DNA of 64,000 nt. It comes from Prorocentrum cordatum. Taxonomy: Eukaryota. Shown piece after piece: positions 63,500-64,000 of this stretch. Under the pieces are notes generated by a model. The model was not told where the DNA came from, made no database searches, and saw only the letters and a program-made list of their open reading frames with translations. The DNA lies in contig CAUYUJ010000282.1 of assembly GCA_963575745.1 (NCBI GenBank), positions 1 to 64,000 on the forward strand, read 5' to 3'. The position numbers and the translations under genes are program-made. How positions within the stretch are numbered: the stretch's first letter is position 1; the number at the start of each line of letters is the position of its first letter.

Positions 63500-64000
63500 C
63501 TGCCAGGCTGGCGGTGTTCGATCCGCTGGCCGCGCCGCCTGGCGCCGGCACCGCGGCTGCCGGAGACTCTAATGCCGACCCCCTCCGCGACACGCTCTTC
63601 CAGGAATGGGCGCACCAGGAGATCCTCGTGCACTTCGAGCTGATCCACGCGATGGTTACCAGCAGTATTACGATCAACGACCTCCCGATCGCCCTTCCCA
63701 CAAACCTCGACGCCCTGAAGGTGATCTATAAGAAGTTGGCCTACGTGGTCGGCGCCGCGGACCCGTGGTTGTACCTTGGCCTCGCCCGCTTCGAGGGTCT
63801 CACCCCGTCGGAGCAACTGATTGCTGCGCGCTTGCGCACGGCCCTTGGGCGGATTGGATCCGTGGGCGGAAGAAGTTGAAGAACCATGGGCGGATTGGAT
63901 CCGGCGATCCACGCGTGCCGCGGAGGAGTGTCTGAAACGGCTCAATATCGATGACTGGAGACACCTGGCAACAACGGAGGCCGCCGAATGGGCGACACTT
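63500..64000 (+). other. Coding-like segment of unknown identity (possibly the start of another retroelement)
   Basis: GC3-rich frame DPLRDTLFQEWAHQEILVHFELIHAMV...LKVIYKKLAYVVG with a stop at 63879; no recognised motif. Confidence 0.3.

Overview
GC-rich, repeat-dominated eukaryotic DNA, almost certainly from a dinoflagellate: it has a perfect 21-nt DinoSL spliced-leader core at 49313-49333(-) and GC/GA-type splice donors. The abundant (CCT)n tracts suggest a Prorocentrum-like genome, which is inference only. Most of the window is decayed retroelements: three RNase H-bearing LINEs (+), one APE-RT LINE (-), one CRE-like RT/RLE element (-), and a full-length Copia element. The Copia has ~78-bp LTRs, encodes a C5-cytosine DNA methyltransferase domain between integrase and RT, and carries a 2.07-kb internal inversion. 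Non-TE content includes an intronless SL-capped ORF embedded in (CCT)n and a six-exon partial gene (52363-~62814, +). That gene encodes a divergent EMG1/Nep1-like SPOUT domain that lacks the RPD motif and appears fused behind a transmembrane helix. The rest is satellites, compound microsatellites and a small MITE. Most ORFs in the supplied track are spurious GC/low-complexity frames. All family assignments come from motif recognition by eye, not database searches.
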